The translations under genes and the position numbers were made by a program. A DNA stretch of 63,513 nt, counting the filler, from Folioceros fuciformis (lineage: Eukaryota), in the NCBI GenBank assembly GCA_049999805.1. It is 4 parts of 3 records of this genome, joined end to end, with 100 filler letters (N's around TTAATTAATTAA, not from the genome) between each part and the next. Parts side by side here need not be neighbours in the genome. Positions count along the whole stretch, not along the records: positions 53,943 to 62,136 come from JBNGIO010005641.1; positions 62,237 to 63,513 come from JBNGIO010005660.1; 2 more parts are not named here. One strand, given 5' to 3'. A model generated the notes under the pieces. It did no database searches and had not been told where the DNA came from. It was given only the letters and a program-made list of their open reading frames with translations. Shown piece by piece: positions 60,120-63,513 of the stretch (position 1 is the stretch's first letter; the number at the start of each line of letters is the position of its first letter).

Positions 60120-62136
60120 TTGATGAGCGACGACGAGACCTATACAGTGCCAGAGTGGCTAAGGAATCTCGCTCAAGAGGTTGGACTTGCGGATTTCGAT
60201 GATGATTCGCAAGGAGATGAGGATGTTCCTTCAGATCAAGCCTCTGTAAACACAAATTTGTCAAACGAGTATTACTCTTGGTTTCGAAGGCCAAATATGG
60301 GTGATGAAGAGAAAGATCGGGTGAGGTACTCAACACATTGCAATCTCTTACCAGTGGTGGTTTTAAAGAAAAAGACCGACTGGTCACAGGATCAGAGTAT
60401 GATGTCTGGGTTATGAGAATGCGAGTGCTTGAAGTGAAAAATTTATGGAGGCTGGTTAGTGGCGATTTACCCAAACCAGCAGATGATTCTACCGACCTTC
60501 CCTTTTGGCAGCTGGCAGATATAAGGGCACGAAACCTGATAAGGTCAGGTCTTGGTCCAGAGATGATGCGCCAGGCATCTGATGGTCCAAGTGATTCAGC
60601 ACAAGATATTTGGAATCACCTTGCTATGATGTTTGCCTCCCACGATATGGCGGCGTCCATGTCTGCGTCAATAAAATACCACAGTTTGAGAATGACAGAA
60701 GGGGAGACGGTTGAACATTATATAGCAAGATTCAGAATTGCTCGTGCGAGAGTAAGCTCAACAGGGACCAAGATTTTTGATTATGACGTAGCTTGTAGAC
60801 TGCTGAGTTCCTTACCCCCTAGTTACGGTCCCTTTGTTACTGGTCAACAGGCCATGGCGAAGGTGGAGGCCAGAATAGCCAAAGCCTTGAAGCTTGATGC
60901 AGATCCTCTAACTTTCAATGGAGTTGTTATTGCGATGCTGCAGGAAGAAGCCACGCGGCTGTCTTCACGCTTTGCCAAACAGCAAACACAAGGTCAGCAA
61001 GCCCTTTTTGCAGGCAGAGGCAAACCATTCAAGCGAGGCCGAGGTAGCAGGAGTTCGAACCGTGGTGGTAGGACAATTGCTAGTGGACCTGGTCAGAGTT
61101 CAGGCAGCCAGAAAAGGAGTGGCAATTGTAATTGGTGTGGTATACCAGGCCACTGGGCAAGGGATTGTCGAAAGAAAAAGGCCGGCGAGCCTAAAAAGGA
61201 AGGTGCTGGATCTCCTGAGGCACATACTGTGCAGGCACCAAAGAAGAAGCAGGCACCAGTGATTCTGACTGTGTGTCTTACCACTGCTGGTTCACATACA
61301 TCAGCATGGTTTATTGACTCAGGTGCCTCCGCCCATATCTGTCATAACAGGGCATCGTTTATTGAGTATAAGCCATACATGGAAGCACAATCTGTGCTGT
61401 TAGGAGATGAACGCACACTACCCATTGTTGGAGTAGGCAGGGTACTCTTACTACTATATCATGGAGGGAGCCTCGAATTAAAGGAAGTTCTTCATGTACC
61501 TGCATTAACCAAGAACTTACTGTCAGTGCGGCAGCTTATTGCTGACAGAGCACTGCAGGTGTTTGTTCGAGGAGACAAGTGCACCATAGTGAGGAGCATG
61601 GATCCAGGTGCAACAATTGCTGAGGCATTTCCAGTCAACGATATTTACCAATTAAGTATTCCCGGTAGTACTTTACCTACCCTGAATATTGCTGGACTTG
61701 GAGGCCGAGTTGCTTTGTAGGAGGCGGCTACTGTTTGGCACTTGCGGTGTGGTCATCCTCACGGAAAGAAGTTGCAGGCCATGGTTAACAGTACCTTGTA
61801 CTCTGATGGCATTCCAGGTCAAGTGGGGGATTTGCCACTATGTGAAGCATGTGTCTATGCTAAGCACCATGAATTTGCTTTTGACAAGTCAGGAGCTCAC
61901 CGTGCTGCTGCTCCGTTGGACCTGGTGCACTCGGATATATGTGGTCCCATTTCCGTCCCAAGCATTGGTGGAGGGTCCTACTTCATGACGTTCATCGATG
62001 ACTCTACTCGATACTGCATGCTGTATATCCTGAAGCATAAAAGTGAAGCCTTAGAGACATTCAAAGAGTATTTGCTCATGGTTGAACGTCAGCATGGCAG
62101 GTCGTTGAAATGCCTGCGATCCGACAATGGTGGGGA

Positions 62137-62236
62137 NNNNNNNNNNNNNNNNNNNNNNNNNNNNNNNNNNNNNNNNNNNNTTAATTAATTAANNNNNNNN
62201 NNNNNNNNNNNNNNNNNNNNNNNNNNNNNNNNNNNN
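62137..62236. other. Artificial contig linker
   Basis: 44 N + TTAATTAATTAA + 44 N. Confidence 0.97.
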
Positions 62237-62258
62237 CTTGTTTTAACCTCCTTTGAGC

Positions 62259-63513
62259 ATGGCGGGGGTGACATCTCAACAGGTTATGGGCCCACACACC
62301 CAAGGGACCGTCACTCTACAAGTTATCTCAAAGTTTGGAGGTGACAACTTCAACTTGTGGAAGTTCAAGATGCAAATGTTGTTGGCTGAAAAAGGCCTTT
62401 GGGGAATTGTGTCGGGGACCGAGGAGCGTCCAAATGAAGTGGAGAGACAGCCCAAGTGGGATGAGCTTGCAGGCAAGGCCTTTGCAAATATTTGTTTCAA
62501 CTTAGAAGATGCACAATTGATGCATGTGACCACTTGCAAATCAGCAAGAGAGGCTTGGTTGAAATTAGAGGCTTTGTATGAGAACAAGAGCCTTGTGAAT
62601 CGCTTGTTCTTAAGGCGTAGATTCTTTTCCATTCAAATGGGTGAGAGTGATAGTGTGATTGAGCATGTAGACAAGGTGAGGAGTCTTTCCCAACAATTGG
62701 CAGTCATTGGAGCTCCTGTGACGGATGATGACCTTGTGATGACTCTTCTTGCAAGCTTGCCGGAGTCATATAACAATTTGATTGTAGCTTTAGAATCAAG
62801 AGTAGATGCTCTTACATTTGAGATTGTTGTGGGAAGACTACTCCATGAGGAGACCAAACGAAAGGAGAAGGGGAAGACATCGGAAGAATCAGCCTTTGTG
62901 ACCAAGAAGATTGGCGATGGATCAGCCAACCTTGTGAAACAAACGGAGGCCTCTTCATTCACGGGGAGAAATCGTAGATCTAATCTCACTTGCAATTACT
63001 GTGGCAAGGTTGGACATTTTGCAAGGAATTGCTTCAAGAGAGATCGAGATGAGAAGACAAAGAGTCAAGGAAACTTGGTGGAAGAGAATGAGGAAGCTTT
63101 TGTGTGCACACATCATCCCTCCAAGCAAGTCGAAGAATGGTACATTGATTCGGGAGCTACGGAGCACATGACCAATAGGCGTGAGTGGTTCCAATCTTTC
63201 AAGTCCATTGCTGCTACCAAGATCTATTTGGGTGATAATTCAATCCAAATGTGTGAGGGGGAAGGTGTTGTGGCAATGGATATGACCACACCTAACGGAG
63301 TAGTGCGTGGGATGTTGAAAAGGGTGCTATACGTACCAGGCTTGGGGAAGAACTTGTTTTCCGTGAGTGCAGCCACCTCTCTAGGATTGGTAGTGAGATT
63401 TGAAGGATCTAATGTGTCTTTCACTAATGCGCACGGAAAAGTGAGGGCACAAGGAGAAAAGGTTGACAAGCTCTATTGCTTGAGTGGGAGCGTTGTCATG
63501 CCGAGGTCGAGCA
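62259..63513 (+). mobile_element. Ty1/copia gag-protease ORF, uninterrupted to the window end
   Basis: My translation: KFGGDNFNLWKFKMQMLL..LWGIVSG, LLASLPESY, CNYCGKVGHFARNC, WYIDSGATEHM, VLYVPGLGKNLFSV. Confidence 0.93.

Larger units (their letters stand above)
59224..62136 (+). mobile_element. Ty1/copia element, 5' part: short LTR 59224-59361, PBS, extra upstream ORFs, gag-PR-IN
   Basis: TGACGGTTA...TAATCGTCA termini; Zn knuckle CNWCGIPGHWARDC; WFIDSGASAH; WHLRCGH; LDLVHSDICGP; CLRSDNGG; one in-frame TAG at 61718-61720. Confidence 0.9.

Noticed and set aside
61715-61725. In-frame TAG between protease and integrase as programmed readthrough
   Set aside because: Not at the usual gag-pol junction, no CARYYA context, and most simply a C-to-T mutation; it needs sister copies to test

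Overview
This is eukaryotic nuclear DNA from a land plant with a compact genome (introns mostly ~80-150 bp), not a prokaryote. The flagellar gene CFAP298, the mycorrhiza-specific ABCG transporter STR and a SCRM/ICE1-like bHLH together point to a symbiotic, flagellate-sperm lineage, most plausibly a hornwort (inference). Three artificial N44-TTAATTAATTAA-N44 linkers (23568-23667, 53843-53942, 62137-62236) join four separate sequences, and there are two further 100-N gaps. Genes recognised: STR, Y3IP1, KORRIGAN, a GT106 O-fucosyltransferase, Pus3, a SCRM/ICE1 5' part, patatin, SKA1, APC8, CFAP298, pICln, SEN54, a C-type lectin RLK, and a Bfr1/PPI1-like gene with a partial duplicate. Repeats and TEs: a ~40-bp satellite, four Ty1/copia segments, a LINE fragment and a TIR-bounded Mutator-like element. 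The most interesting items are the TIR-bounded MULE resembling the conserved plant SWIM-finger genes, a copia with extra upstream ORFs, U12 and GC-AG introns in pICln, an interlocked inverted-repeat element, and a TrpRS gene fragment cut by an LTR. All homology calls come from recalled motifs; no database search was run.
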